DNA of 46,467 nt from Catajapyx aquilonaris (GCA_000934665.2 JYFJ02000843.1:62001-108467); one strand, 5' to 3'; numbered from the stretch's first letter, positions 12,975 to 25,307 are shown. Program-made: numbers and translations. The notes: generated by a model not told the origin, from the letters alone.

Positions 12975-15900
12975 CTCCTGAAAAATTAATGCTGATGCTG
13001 TTAAAATCAGAATGATGCGGAACCATAATATTACCATGTGTTGGATCGTGAATCAAGATAGTACGGGTCCTCATTGTTATTCTTAAATATTTTGCGTTTG
13101 ATATTATTAACTACAATCTCCAATGTCTATAAAAACTGTCTTACGGTAGTTAAATAGTATGGCAACAGCTACAATACAATAATTGAAAAAGGCAAGGTCG
13201 TCATGCGGTGAGATACATCCGCCCGCAGAATATATTGTCAGCATTTTTTGTATGAAGAGTATTTATGTTGATGAAAAAACTGCGAAGGCCAAGTGATAAC
13301 TCTTATGAAAGAATGTTATGTTGCCGAGATTTCATAAGAGAAATCTTGACTCATTTCGAGGTGCTGAACACGAAAATGACAATAAAATTCGTTGATTGGC
13401 TCTATATAGTTTAGGAGATAGAAACAGACATGGTCATGTATGGCCAGTACAGTATAAATTATATGGATCACAAGGACGGTACCAAGCGAATTTCTGTGAA
13501 GTTCATGTTCAAATTGCGTTTTTTCAGGTTCTCTATCTGCTACTATAGAAAGAAAACAGTTCTCCTGAAAAGTCCTAGATCTCAATAGTTTTTGAGATGT
13601 GGGGGTCAAAAGGTCAAAAATTGATATATTATGCAATTCTCTAGCTGAGGAAGCTATCCCGGTATATTATAATAAGTGATATTGACGAGGTTCAGGTTCA
13701 TTGGGATGAGGAATAAAATTATAAAGCTGGAAATACTGAATTATGAAAATAATATAAGGGTACTTATTAATGAATTATATGGGGAGGAGCATCAAAAAAG
13801 AGTAAAGAACTAACAAATTATAAGTGCATGATGAAAGAAATATGTTTAGAGAGTGACTTAGACACCCAAGATGGTGATTTTTATTAGCTCTAATGTAAAT
13901 ATATATTATTGATTTTTCCACAGAGCAATTGGCTTCACATAGATCTACTCAATTTTTACTCTACACGTTGTCAGTGATGAAACCGATACTGTACAGATGA
14001 CATTTTATTTAGTTTAATTTTTGGAGTTTAAAAAAATATAACTAGTAGATCGGATTCTTATTGTCTCCTTTTCCTGACTGTGTTATTATCTTTTAAAAGT
14101 TGTCTTATAGTTGTTTTTGGTTGTGCTCTGCGTTTGGTGGCATTCATAATGCCAATTGATCCACGTACTTTTTATAATATTATTCCTTCCTATTTAATAG
14201 AATTCATTATTTGGGTTTGCAAGGCATTGCCTAAAACCTCCTCCTGCTTTCAAGCACTTGAAAATACTGTTTTAACTCATGTTTTAAACCTTCACTGGTA
14301 CAATCATGTAATATGTACTACGTATAGCTCTATTATAAGAAACTATATTGCGGATTTCTCAGGAACCGTAGCCAATTTGGCATTTTCATTGCCCGCCATA
14401 TTCGTGTTTAGCACCCTGAAATATATTGTTAAGAAATGGCTACACTTTAATCTCAGAGTCTTGACTTTGTCAAAATTTGTTGCCCAATGTTATTAATGGG
14501 AAACGTTCTGCAATAATTTTGTGAGCATGTGGTCATTAGGCCTATACAACCCGATTTTTAAAATCTATTTCTTTCGCGTGCTATATTGGACACACCATCT
14601 ATAGTCTGTCATAAAACAACAGGAACATTATTATTATTAAGAACTGAAGTAGACTATAATATTATCAAGACTGAAACAAAATTATGCAGAATATTTTGTT
14701 CTGAACAATATTTTTCAAAGATGACAATGTCAATAAATATTGTTCTCCCATTAGTAATTGCAAGGGTAATATAGTTAACATTTGAACTCTTACAGCTTAG
14801 TGTCCTAAGCTGCTGTGACACTGTTTACCCTGTTAGACCCATAATGCATATAAGTTTTACCTCCAGATAAGTTGCACCAATTCCCACAAATCAACTTGCT
14901 CATGTATAGAAGAACTATTAATATTGGCAGGCTTTATACGTGTACTAGTGATTCTTCGTATCGTTGTTGTGCAGAGGTAAAGCAAGGACACCCACCAGTG
15001 GAAGAACACCTGCTCCTGAAGTGCACGTACTGTGCATGCAGCTATACACTGTATGGTGGTTAGCTGCATAAAATGTTGCACACTGAAATAACTGAAAAAC
15101 AAACGTTGAATGAAAAAATCGCGTATGGTTTTCTTTGTAGATTTCAGCATTTTTTAAATATCGACAACAGGTGTAGCAATCGCTTTTTTGTTTGATATCT
15201 TCCCATTTACCAATGAAAATATGTTTGATTATGTACAGGTCCTGAAAAGAGAGTTTTACATTTTAAAAGTACAATATGCCTGTAGATAATACGTGTAATG
15301 CAATGGAGGAGTTTCACGATGGTGTATAATTTGTAGCGTAACTTAAAAAAATAGGTGTAAATTTTGTAAAAGTAATTGACGTCCTTCCAGAATGTTTTGT
15401 GAAATAGTTTATTGTGTACAATTTATTCACATGGGGACACACAAACGGTGTGGCATTTTCTTGTACCTGTCTCTTCAAGTGAACTTTCTTCAAATATGAC
15501 AGGTAGTTTACGGAGCTTTTCTCCAGGAGTGTTATGCAAATTTACAGCAAGGATAGTGGAGAAAATTCATGCACTTAAAAATTCACGAAGTGCACGTAGT
15601 GTAGACATGATTGTGATGGTTATAATTATGAAGGCCTATAACTCTCTGGAAGATGAAATCTTGAGTTGTTTAGGAAAGAACAAATAATGAAAACATGTTT
15701 CTACATCAACAATCTTATATACTATACTGCGCAAGACGTACTAAAAAGTCTTACAAATAATTATTTCTTGCTCATTGCCGGCAACTTTATTTTTACATCA
15801 GGTGCTTGAATGTCTTGTTGAATGTGTTATACTATAAGGGTTTTTTTTTGTAAGAAGTGTGTATGTGTTGTCCCCGTACAGAATATACAATATACATACA

Positions 15901-16227
15901 TGTTTGCAATAGCAGTAATAGATATGGGATAAGCTTCATAGCATATGTGCTTACAAATAATCCATTTTGTCCATTGGTTTCGAAATTGCTGCCTTCCACA
16001 TTACTTCCTAACACCAAGAGCTGCTAACACTTATTCAGGTTTCTACCTGTTTATGTGATTACTGTCCGTTGTGCAGAGCAGACGTCACTGCCTTATTCAA
16101 GGACACAAAACATTCCCCGTGATTACAAAATTACAAAATGTTTCAAGGAGAAGGAGAGGGTATCGTATTGAATGATACCAAGATGATACTGAATTTTTGC
16201 AGATATATTGTGCGTATACGTACAGTA

Positions 16228-16519
16228 CACTCTAAAAAATATAGGGTGAAGTGGGGAAAGAACTCCACTTGTGTTTTTTAACTAGGGTGAAGTGGGGGAA
16301 GGGCACTTACCCCGGGTGTGCCCTTCCCCCACTTCACCCTAGTTAAAAAACACAAGTGGAGTTCTTTTTAACTCTTTTGACCTAATTGAAAGTGGTCAAT
16401 ACCAAAAATGAGTTATAATAACTCCAGCGAAAGATTTATTATAACTCATTTTGGTATTGACCACTTTCAAGGTTATTATCTGAGTTAATGTAACTCTTCT
16501 TTTTTTATTATTTAGAGTG
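16228..16519. mobile_element. Non-autonomous DNA transposon with CACTCTAAA termini (animal CACTA/EnSpm-like) containing two internal hairpins
   Basis: ta-cactctaaa ... tttagagtg-ta termini. Perfect ~49-bp inverted arms at 16258-16365 and a second ~35-bp-arm hairpin at 16386-16470. Confidence 0.75.
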
Positions 16520-17006
16520 TAGTGTATGTATCTGTTTACTTAGGGCGGGTTGCAAAATTATAGGCATATATGCGAAATTGTTCAGAAGTGAACTAGTGAA
16601 TTTAAAATATTTAGTAGCTTCCTAGCAAATGGTTAGATTAAAAAAAAAATTGGCCTATAAATCCGGCAGCAAGCAATATATTGTATCCACTACTCCTCCA
16701 GAAATGACATCCAAAGCATATTATTCTCCCAATATTAAAGGAGAGCCTGCATTATTATTACAAATTCAGATCGTAAATCGCAACAGAGAAGTTAAAAATC
16801 GTAGTTTTTACCGTCTGAAAAATTTTGTTCAAATAATTTCCGATAGGTTGATGTTCATTAATTTTTTAAAAAATGTCATCATTGTCTAGACACATTACTA
16901 AATTATTATTAATACTACAACTGTCTACTGTACTGTATAATAATCCCCAAACTCTCTTTCGCAGACGTCGTACTTGAGAGAAGTGGTGTATTATTATTGA
17001 TCCCAA

Positions 17007-17514
17007 TTCAAAATTCGAAAGATGCGCGCCAAAACGAGCGGCCATATTGCCTATGACATCACAGAGCGACGTCACTACTGTCACTCCTGCTACTGTACAT
17101 AATCGGATCATACATACTGTACCTACTCGGGTACCTACTGCTTTCTGCTTAGTACTTTTGTTGCAACGATATGCGCTGTGCCTGCCTTGGGGGTTGAGGG
17201 GCGTTATTATAAATTTACAATTTTATTTTATTCCACGGGTGGAATTTTTCGTCGTATACTACTTGCTAACTTAGCAGTACCATTGCATTACACTGGTACT
17301 TGCTAAGTTAAAAGAAACTAGCAGTACGTGTAAGTACTGTACTCACTCAGTCTATACTTCGGTAACAATGAGAGCAATGAGAGCGAGGCGCCTGCACGTC
17401 GGGTGTGGGTCCACGTCTGGCGCCAGAGAGTCTGCTTGTGGCGCCAGGTCGACGGCACTTTCCCGCCAAAAACTGTGACCAGCAGTGTAGCCAGATGAAT
17501 CGCCATCCCGCCAT
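17007..17514. promoter_or_regulatory. CpG-containing putative promoter region upstream of the kleisin gene with E2F, CHR-like and YY1-like motifs
   Basis: Minus strand ttttggcgcgc-atct-ttcgaa-t-tttgaa (17007-17034); YY1-like caatatggccgc (~17039-17049); tttcccgccaaaa (17459-17471); tggcgcca x2. Confidence 0.5.
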
Positions 17515-17782
17515 GAACTTATCTCTTATTTACCCAACATTTAAGTCGCCAATGTGCAAGTAGGTTATGTAGTACTTAATAATAAAGCGCACCGTATATT
17601 ATTATCATAAATGTTGTGGTGTAGCCAGCGTGCGACCATATTCCACTGCGAGGCCCAACTGGCAACGAGGCTGGGTTGGGCGGGAAGAGAGTCAGTCCGA
17701 CTCCAGACATCGGCCAGGGAGGACGTGTGTCGTCCTGTGTGTTGCCCTCTCTCCATCTCGACCCCCCCTTGACCCAGTGACC

Positions 17783-19685
17783 ATGTATTTTGACTACAAT
17801 CTCCTGGTGGCTCCAAACGCCCACTTCAGGGTGGTGTGGCTGGCTGCCACTGGTAAGCTCAAGGTGAAGCCTCCCCACTCCAGGGATGCAAAGACGGCCC
17901 TCTGCATCAACATTGGAAGCACCTGGTGAGTATAGATAGGGGGGACACAGGTTTGGGTTGCATGAAACACTATCTTTGTCTTGATGCAGTGAGAAGATCA
18001 GGGAGAGGATGACCCAAGGGGACATCAGGGACGGATCGCTCCACTTCACTCTCTACCTCACCACCCTTCTGGTCAAGGGGGTGGTCATCATCCAGGGGCA
18101 CAGGATCAAGTATCTCGAATGTAAGCTGACATGGCAGGCAAATTGTGACTGAGAGACCCACAGTTGTTAATTTGGTTATGGTTTACAGGTGAGGTGAGGA
18201 AGGTGGGGATGCAGTTGAAGCGTTGCGCGGAGATTTTGAACCCGCCGACTGAGGCCAAGAAGAGCCGAGCTTCCACTAAGGTGGTGGGCCAGAAGAGGAA
18301 GAGGGCAGCGGATGATGAAGGCCAAGGGGAGTTTGGGGAGGTGAATGACGCTCAGCCTCCTGAAGACATGGAAGTGATCATCCACTGCAGGCAGGATGAG
18401 GTTGTGGAGCGGAACAGGGCAAAGAGGGTCACCCTGCAGGAGCCACCTTCCCTACGTGACCTGCCAGCTCAAGAGGACTTTGGGTTTGGCTTCGAGGAAA
18501 TGGGGAGTGCCCAACCTGACCCTGCTGAGATGGCCTCTCTGGGTCTGGATCCCGCCATCTTCCTGCCCAACCACCCTGTGCCTTCCCCAGAGGTCTTGCC
18601 ATTGGCCAAGTCCCCAACACCTGACTTGGACGACCTCAAGGAAGTGGAGATCGTGCCACCAGCGCAGGACATGTCACCTGTGCAGGAAGTTCCACCAGTG
18701 CCTCCTACCACCCCACCTGTGGAGCCTCCTAATGCCCAGCCCCGCCGTCCAATCCGCCGTGCTTCTAGACGTGGGCTTCCCCGAAAACCACGAAAGTACG
18801 TCCAACGTAGCTGGAAGTATGAAGCATATGATAGGCTCCTCTTGACTAAGGAAGATTATGCACCCACTCCAGACATCACGGACATCGAAAGAATTGTCCG
18901 CGAGCTGTGTTCTGGTCTTATTCACCCGTCGTCTGTTGAGATTGGCCTAGATGTTGGGGATCAGCACGCTGCTATATTTGATGAGAGCCCTGATGATTAT
19001 CCGCAAAGGCATGTTGAAGACCAGACATCAGTGCTGCGAGATGCATTCAACATGACTGATGCAGGACCAATTTCCATCTTGGATGCAGGACCAATCTCCA
19101 TCTTGGATGCAACATGCATGCCTAGCATCGATCCGCTTCCAGATGTTGATATGCCCGAGATGTTTGACAGGTAATGATATAATTATTTTATTTTACATTC
19201 TTTTAAAATTTGGCCACACTGCTGTGGTGTTGTTGAGATGTTATAAGGGTAACGGTGTAACTCTTATCTGTCGTGCTTTTCCTTCAAGGCCCCAGTCTCC
19301 ATTGCCTCCAAAATCAAAGAAAGTGCTTCCACCCCGCAAGCAAGATGTCCTACGTTGGATCCAAAATTATTGGCGTAACAGTGCTGAAGACCTCACCTTT
19401 GCAAAGCTTGTGCCAAAAGACAAGTTCAACAGGGAGGATGCAGCTAACATCTTCAAGATTCTGCTTTGTAAGTATCGCACTTTCTATTGCACTTTGCATG
19501 TGTGAAAGAATAGAAGGTGCGAACAGCAGTAATTTTTTGTGGTGGAAACCAGAGGGGATCTCACAGAAATGTTGGTGGTAATGCTCATGCCTCTCCCGAC
19601 CACAGGTCTGGATGAGGCATCAGAGATCGAAATGGAGCAGCAAAACCCAGAGGCAGACATCCTCATTCTGCCTTACCAAGTCTAG
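17783..19685 (+). CDS. REC8: Rad21/Rec8-family alpha-kleisin (cohesin subunit), divergent and Rec8-like (~504 aa)
   Basis: Exons 17783-17925, 17990-18120, 18189-19170, 19289-19467 and 19606-19685 total 1515 nt in frame. N-terminal MYFDYNLL...FRVVWLAAT and HFTLYLTTLLVKGVVII...IKYL match the Rad21/Rec8 N domain. C-terminal LTFAKLVP...NREDAANIFKILLCL...IEMEQQNPEADILI matches the kleisin winged helix. Rec8 rather than Rad21 is an inference. Confidence 0.8.
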
Positions 19686-21589
19686 GTGCCACTCCAGCTC
19701 ACCTGATCTGAAGAAGTCTCACATTTAACCGAGATGAGACATTGCCAGTGAGCCGGACCCTTACTTTAATGCATTTACTTTTGTAGTGTTTTTTTATTTT
19801 TTTATTCTCAAGCAGTGTTGTGATTGTGATTTGAATTGGTGCTTTCCGGAGCATGCTCACTCTCGTACGTCAGTTTTAAATAACTTATTACTTTGTTTTG
19901 CTTTATAGGTTTATCTAGTGTTGCATATGCCATGCAAGTTGGGAAATCGTTATGAATATCTGAACTCTGAATTAAACTTTTGTGGTGTTTTCCTGAGTGG
20001 TGAGCAGGCTCGGTATTATTTTTATAAGTTTAGAAACGTTACTTTGTCTTGCATTATATATATTTATATAATGTTATGTGCACTCTTCTGTATGGAAAAG
20101 CACACTAGTATCTGGGGGATGGTGTTAATTTTGCCCAGTGATTTTCTCAATATGATAATATTTTTATTTTAGTTAGTAACTGTTATTTTGTCTTGCTTTA
20201 CAAATTTTACTGGTGTTGTGTGCATCTTGTAAGTCACAGTACATATTTTTATATTGCACTAGTCTTGTGGAGGTGATGTTAATAATATATTTCAGTTTTA
20301 ATTTGTTCATTTTGTTTCGAGGGATTTGGTGCAATATATGCTTTCCGACTGAAGATCACAAAGGGTGAATTTATTTTTGAAAATAATTTGTTGCTTGATT
20401 GAACTGTATGTCTTGGCTTTTGTGAAGGAAACCACTTTTGCCATAATTTTAAGTTTTTAAAATTTTAATTTAATTTATTGACACTGCGGTTATTTTCACA
20501 TGCACATATTTATGACACTCACAACGGATACCATGTGATTGGGGATCCCTCACAGAAACTTTTCAAGTGCCTTATTGAGTGCCAAACTTATTGTTACTTA
20601 TTTATTCATTGTACACATAATTTATTGCCACTTGGATAATTATTTATATGTCATTATTTATTTACCTAAATTATCATTAATTTATTGTAACACTTTCATG
20701 AAAACTCATTTCTTTGCACACTAATTTATTACTAGTCATCATTCATAGCATTATAACAGCACTGAACTTAATCTGCGAGGAGTTTGCAAATTAAATGCAG
20801 ATGCTCCTGGATTTTACTTCTTGACTTCTTGCAAAATTTATGTATGAGCAAAGCTGTTTCATTTATATTACTGTATTTAAATTTATGATGAGAAAACTAT
20901 TTCTTGTGTTTGTATTCATGTACTTTTGAAACTTTATTACACGTAACTAAATTTATTGTGAAGAACATTATGGTATTTATTCCTCGTTGATCTAGATCCT
21001 AGTGATGATGTAAGAGGAAAACACTTGATTGTATCGATTTCAGTTGTATGGGGGAGATTATAGCGGATTATAGCATCACATTATTAAGCTGATTTCAGTT
21101 CTGTCCAGGTTTAATGATGTACTTTATGTGAGTGTAAGTGTAATTCCTCTGTAATGGAAGGTGTCTAATGGGATTAATAAAAGGACATTAAAATGAGCAA
21201 TGATGTACTGTATGTGCACTAATTTGTTAACATGTGTTATGTGGAGGAAGGTACGTCCCCAGAGTTACTCTAGCATGAGTAGCGTCCTACTTACGTAATG
21301 TCACGTCAAGGCGAGTATAGCATCTTCTAGGATGGGCGGGAAAGACGAAACACCCTGTTGCAAGAGCTAGGCACTCTTTGAAGTGTACGTCAGGTTATGA
21401 TTACCTGTGATGACATGTAATCATTGGAACCTAAACTTGTGGTTATGTATTACAAACAGCCAAATATGGGTGGAATTTATATGGCAAAGTGATCAACAAT
21501 TGGGGAACATAAAAACATAAACCCATGAGCGGCCATTTTAGATAGGTCTTCGGCAGACAAGAATCGGCACAAAGGGAGGTAATCCTTAA

Positions 21590-22649
21590 GGGGACGTCCA
21601 CATATTACGTAACGGGATTTAGGGGGGGGAGGGGGTTTGGGCGAGCGTGACGGTCCGTTACATGGGGGTGGGGGGGTTGGGTAGCCGTTACGTAACGCAT
21701 TTGAACGCACTGTATAAATATTCCGAGTACGACTCAGCGTGGCCTGCGTGGCTGCGTCGTCCGCTACCCACTGAGTGACGCCTTACAGTGGTTCGAATCG
21801 GTAAAAAAACGTGCGAAAAAAGCTATTTATGAGACTTTTCGTAAGAACTTGACAACCTCACTATTTTTATGCAAGGTATTTATGTGAGTCACATGTTGTA
21901 CTACTTGTTGATTCCATACCTATTGCGTGACAATTGTTCCAGGGTCTCAAAGTCATAGAAAAATGTCATTTTTGTTCTGACTATTTTCTCTTTTATATAA
22001 AACATGCCCATATTGTAGCTTTAAAAATACGCACCTGTACGTAACGTAGTTCGTTAATTTTTTTCGTTTTTCTTCTGAAATACGGGCGACGCGGCGGCGT
22101 AGTGTTTTAATATTATAAAGTCCGCCTCCTCCCACCTCTGGGGTCCCAGGTTCGATCCCCGGATTGGGCCAAGGATTTCCCATATGGGTTGAGTTTCGAT
22201 GGAGTTCTCTCCGCGCTTGCGTGGGTTTTATATCAGGGTTCTCCCGTTAGAAATTTCCTCCCACACTCCAAAAACTATTTTCCCCTCCCCCTTTCTTTCG
22301 CCCTCCCCCCACCCTCCCAAGAACCTCATAGCCTGAGGCTTCCCCTTTTTAAACAAATCTTCTGAAATACAGATAATTTCTGTCTATATTAAATTTTAGT
22401 ATTGGTACAAAAGTTTTCTTTTCTTTCACAAGTACAGTAGTTTTACAATAAACATATTCTTAAAATTATTGCCTTGGTTTTATATACATGAAACTCGTTC
22501 TGAAGCACGAAATTTTTAAAATAGCAGGCGTTACGTAACGGGGAGGAGGGAGGGGGGGGGTTCAGGAGATCGTTACGGTCCCGTTACAGAGGGGGGGGAG
22601 GGGGTCAAAAATGGCCCAAAATACCGTTACGTAATATGTGGACGTCCCC
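21590..22649. mobile_element. PIF/Harbinger-type MITE (1060 bp) carrying a nested SINE
   Basis: 26-bp perfect TIR ggggacgtccacatattacgtaacgg, TAA TSD (21587-21589 and 22650-22652), subterminal ttacgtaac and G-rich repeats. Confidence 0.9.
22084..22357 (+). mobile_element. tRNA-derived SINE with V-domain-like core, nested in the Harbinger MITE
   Basis: Head gggcgacgcggcggcgtagtg, B-box ggttcgatccc, core gttctctccgcgcttgcgtgggttt...tttcctcccacactccaaa, and a 13-bp TSD tcttctgaaatac (22071-22083 and 22358-22370). Confidence 0.85.
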
Positions 22650-23012
22650 TAAGCACGACTCACAGGCGAAGAACCTTTAATACCACCATGATGAATCAAG
22701 TACTAATATAACGGAAATATCAGTACTTTACAAGATGATATAAAGGTAACATACGTAATAATTGCAGCTGTTCCTCAGAGCAAAGAAAATTTCAAACCAT
22801 TTTCTTCTCCAGTCAGCGACAACTGAACACTTAGCTGTTGATGTTACACAAATAATTGTACACAACAATGAAAGAGCTGCAAAATGTTCGAGTTTTGAAA
22901 AATAAGGCACCAAGTATCCCCTTGCCAACAACTCCGTTGCCACCAGAGGAAACTGTGTAGCAATCAGTGATGGTCACCGTTCCACCTGGATAGGAAATAG
23001 TTACCAAAATCA

Positions 23013-24732
23013 TTATTCCCGGTGACGCATCTGAGCTCGTTCAAACTGGTCCTGCTGCAGTGTCCTGGAAGCCGCCTGGTGCATCCAGGAATCCATCTGG
23101 AACACCTTCGGCCTCCCCCTCAGCGGAAACCTGACAGGCAGCTCCCTAGCATTTTCACACACCAACACAAACGCATCTTCCACCTCCCCTTCCGGAAACT
23201 TCTCCCTGTATTCCTCCTGCGGCAGGCAGTCCATCAGGTCCACGCAGCCCAGAAGACATCCAGCAGGATACTTCTCTGGAAATTTGCTGCAATCCAACAT
23301 GTATCGAAACAAGTCCTGCGCAGCTTTGATCTCTTCTGTGGTAGCTTCTGTCTGACCTGGAATTCCAATGTAGATTATTATCAACAGCTCCACATCAGGC
23401 TCAGACCTAAATTCGGACCTGAGCTTATCCAGAGGCGGCCACGATGCGGAGTGTACCAGGAACGACCCTCATGTTTCTTGATTCCTGCCACAAGCAGCTG
23501 TGCCCATGGTTGCCGCACACTGAGGCACATGCCTTCGTCACTCATACGGAGGAGTTCCGCGTCCTGGACACGCGGATGGGCTTTGGTTGGATGTGGAGTC
23601 ACCCGTGATGAGGCGCTAACTATGCCAAGGTCCTGAAATATGGGCCGGGGCTGGTCCATATGAGGATTAGCAATGGTGGCAGTGGATGGGTCAAATCGCG
23701 GGCGTTCTTCGGGAGTGGGCGACCGGATGGGTTCTGGCCGCTGTTCTACAACACACCGTTTAACCAGGTCCAGGTTGAGCTTACGAGTGAGGCGAGAAGC
23801 ATGTCGCTCAGCATGTATGCTCTCTTCCTCTTTCTTCATACGAGCACGTTCCTCGGAAGTCAGCCAACGATTGGTCTCCGAGGCAAAGTAGTCACACTCA
23901 TCATCTATCACCTTCAAAAATGAAGACGAGGAATATAAAATCAATGATGAAATAGTTAAACACACAAGTGGGACTTACCTGCGTACGTTTGGCAGCTGTA
24001 CGGTCGAACTCGATGAGACGGTTCCTCTGCTCAAGCGCCTTCTTCAGCCCTTCTTGGTCCTGCATGGGACGATTTTCCTCAACGGCTGCCGCCACCTTGC
24101 TCCCATGCAGCTTTTTCCTGAGCTTCTCCGCGTCTGGCCCGCCCTTAGCCAACACCTCCTTCTCCGCTTTGGTGCAGACAAGTCGCCCGCAGAAATGGCA
24201 TGGACCTGACCCTTCCTGCTGGCACACAATCCGTCCACACTTCAAGCAATTCCCAACCAGCCCGTGCCTGGCAGCCTGACACTCGCACCGGTGCCTCCCT
24301 GGCAGCATGGTCTGCCCTTCCTTCAGCAGCGGCACAAACTTCTGCTTGGGGGCCCGTGAGCCATCCTGCTTCTCAGGCGACGTCGACTTCCTAAATCCAA
24401 TCCTGGATTCGCCTGTGAAATGTACATTGTAATAGTTGCATGCCGCATGGAGGTACCGTATGGGTACCTTTCTCGTTGTTCTTCCTGTATACGGTGATCT
24501 TCTCCTTTGCGTATGACCTCCTGGCGATGAGCTCGTGCACGAACCTGTGCCTCTCCGGGTTGGACTGGTCCAGGAAGTCAGCCAGGTAGTCCTCCAGGTG
24601 CCGGTCCTCCTCAATGGACAGGATGTACCTGGCCACATCCTCAGTTGCTGATATGTCGAACACCGACTCCAGCTGGCTGCACAGCCATGGTATCAGGGAG
24701 TCCATTGCCGACGATGCTGATGATGCCGCCAT
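23013..24732 (-). CDS. TRIP4: Activating signal cointegrator 1 (ASC-1/TRIP4), ~511 aa
   Basis: Exons 24732-24468, 24412-23979, 23911-23419 and 23356-23013 total 1536 nt. C2HC5 finger CECQAARHGLVGNCLKCGRIVCQQEGSGPCHFCG; RTQVIDDECDYF; ASCH domain CLSVRQPWAQLLVAGIKKHEGRSWYTPHRGRLWI...YPAGCLLGCV. Confidence 0.95.
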
Positions 24733-24812
24733 GTCTATCCTGCAACCTTGGATCAAAACTATGCCAAAACCTGGACCAAACCTGAGTTTGCCAAACACTG
24801 TGCAACACTACA

Positions 24813-25140
24813 CTAGTGGTGACCCCAACATGTGATGTTCCTGAATCGTGCGTCTCTCTCTGCGCATGAGCCACGTGGCCTTGTGCGTTTGGTCACGTGG
24901 TTGTTCATTGATGTTGCGCACTGAATGGCAATGCATCCATTATATTATATTTATTATTATTTATTTATTTATTATTATTATATATTATTATTATATTTAT
25001 ATTATTTTTAACATTACGAGGGCCAATCGACGATTCGCGGTAACAATAGACGGGGGCCAATCGGAAGTGTGGCAGTGACAATATGCGGCGGACCAATCAG
25101 AATGCTTATACAAACAACGCAAGGATTTTAATATTATAGA
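24813..25140 (-). mobile_element. Possible short non-autonomous Helitron in the TRIP4 upstream region
   Basis: On the minus strand it starts A|TCTATAATATTAAAA and ends CTAG|T, with only a weak subterminal hairpin (aacat-cac-atgtt). The 5' end resembles that of the Helitron at 45076-46161. Confidence 0.5.
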
Positions 25141-25307
25141 TTGTTTCATCTTATTCTGGCAAAGAGCTTTATTCTATATAGGCAAAACGGCTTGCTGGTC
25201 GCAATTATTTCTACAGCTTATTAGTACTGCGGTACTGGGTACTGTATATTGATTTATTGATGTAAATGAGGGTACAATCATCGTCCGTACTGAAAGTGTT
25301 CTCTGAT

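Noticed and set aside
12504..13037. Poly-Ile/Thr/Tyr/Asn ORFs (also 38455-38844)
   Set aside because: Read-through of intronic microsatellites.
13340..13640. Sequence with the texture of a DNA-transposon interior
   Set aside because: Could not find termini or a TSD.
14080..14496. 138-aa hydrophobic + strand ORF
   Set aside because: Non-ATG start, composition typical of AT-rich random sequence, no motif or splice support.
15567..15569. In-frame TGA in the candidate minus-strand exon as selenocysteine
   Set aside because: A TAG also occurs in the same frame and I identified no SECIS element.
23022..24835. Several + strand ORFs up to 204 aa overlapping TRIP4
   Set aside because: Antisense shadows of a GC-rich coding region, with no recognisable domain.
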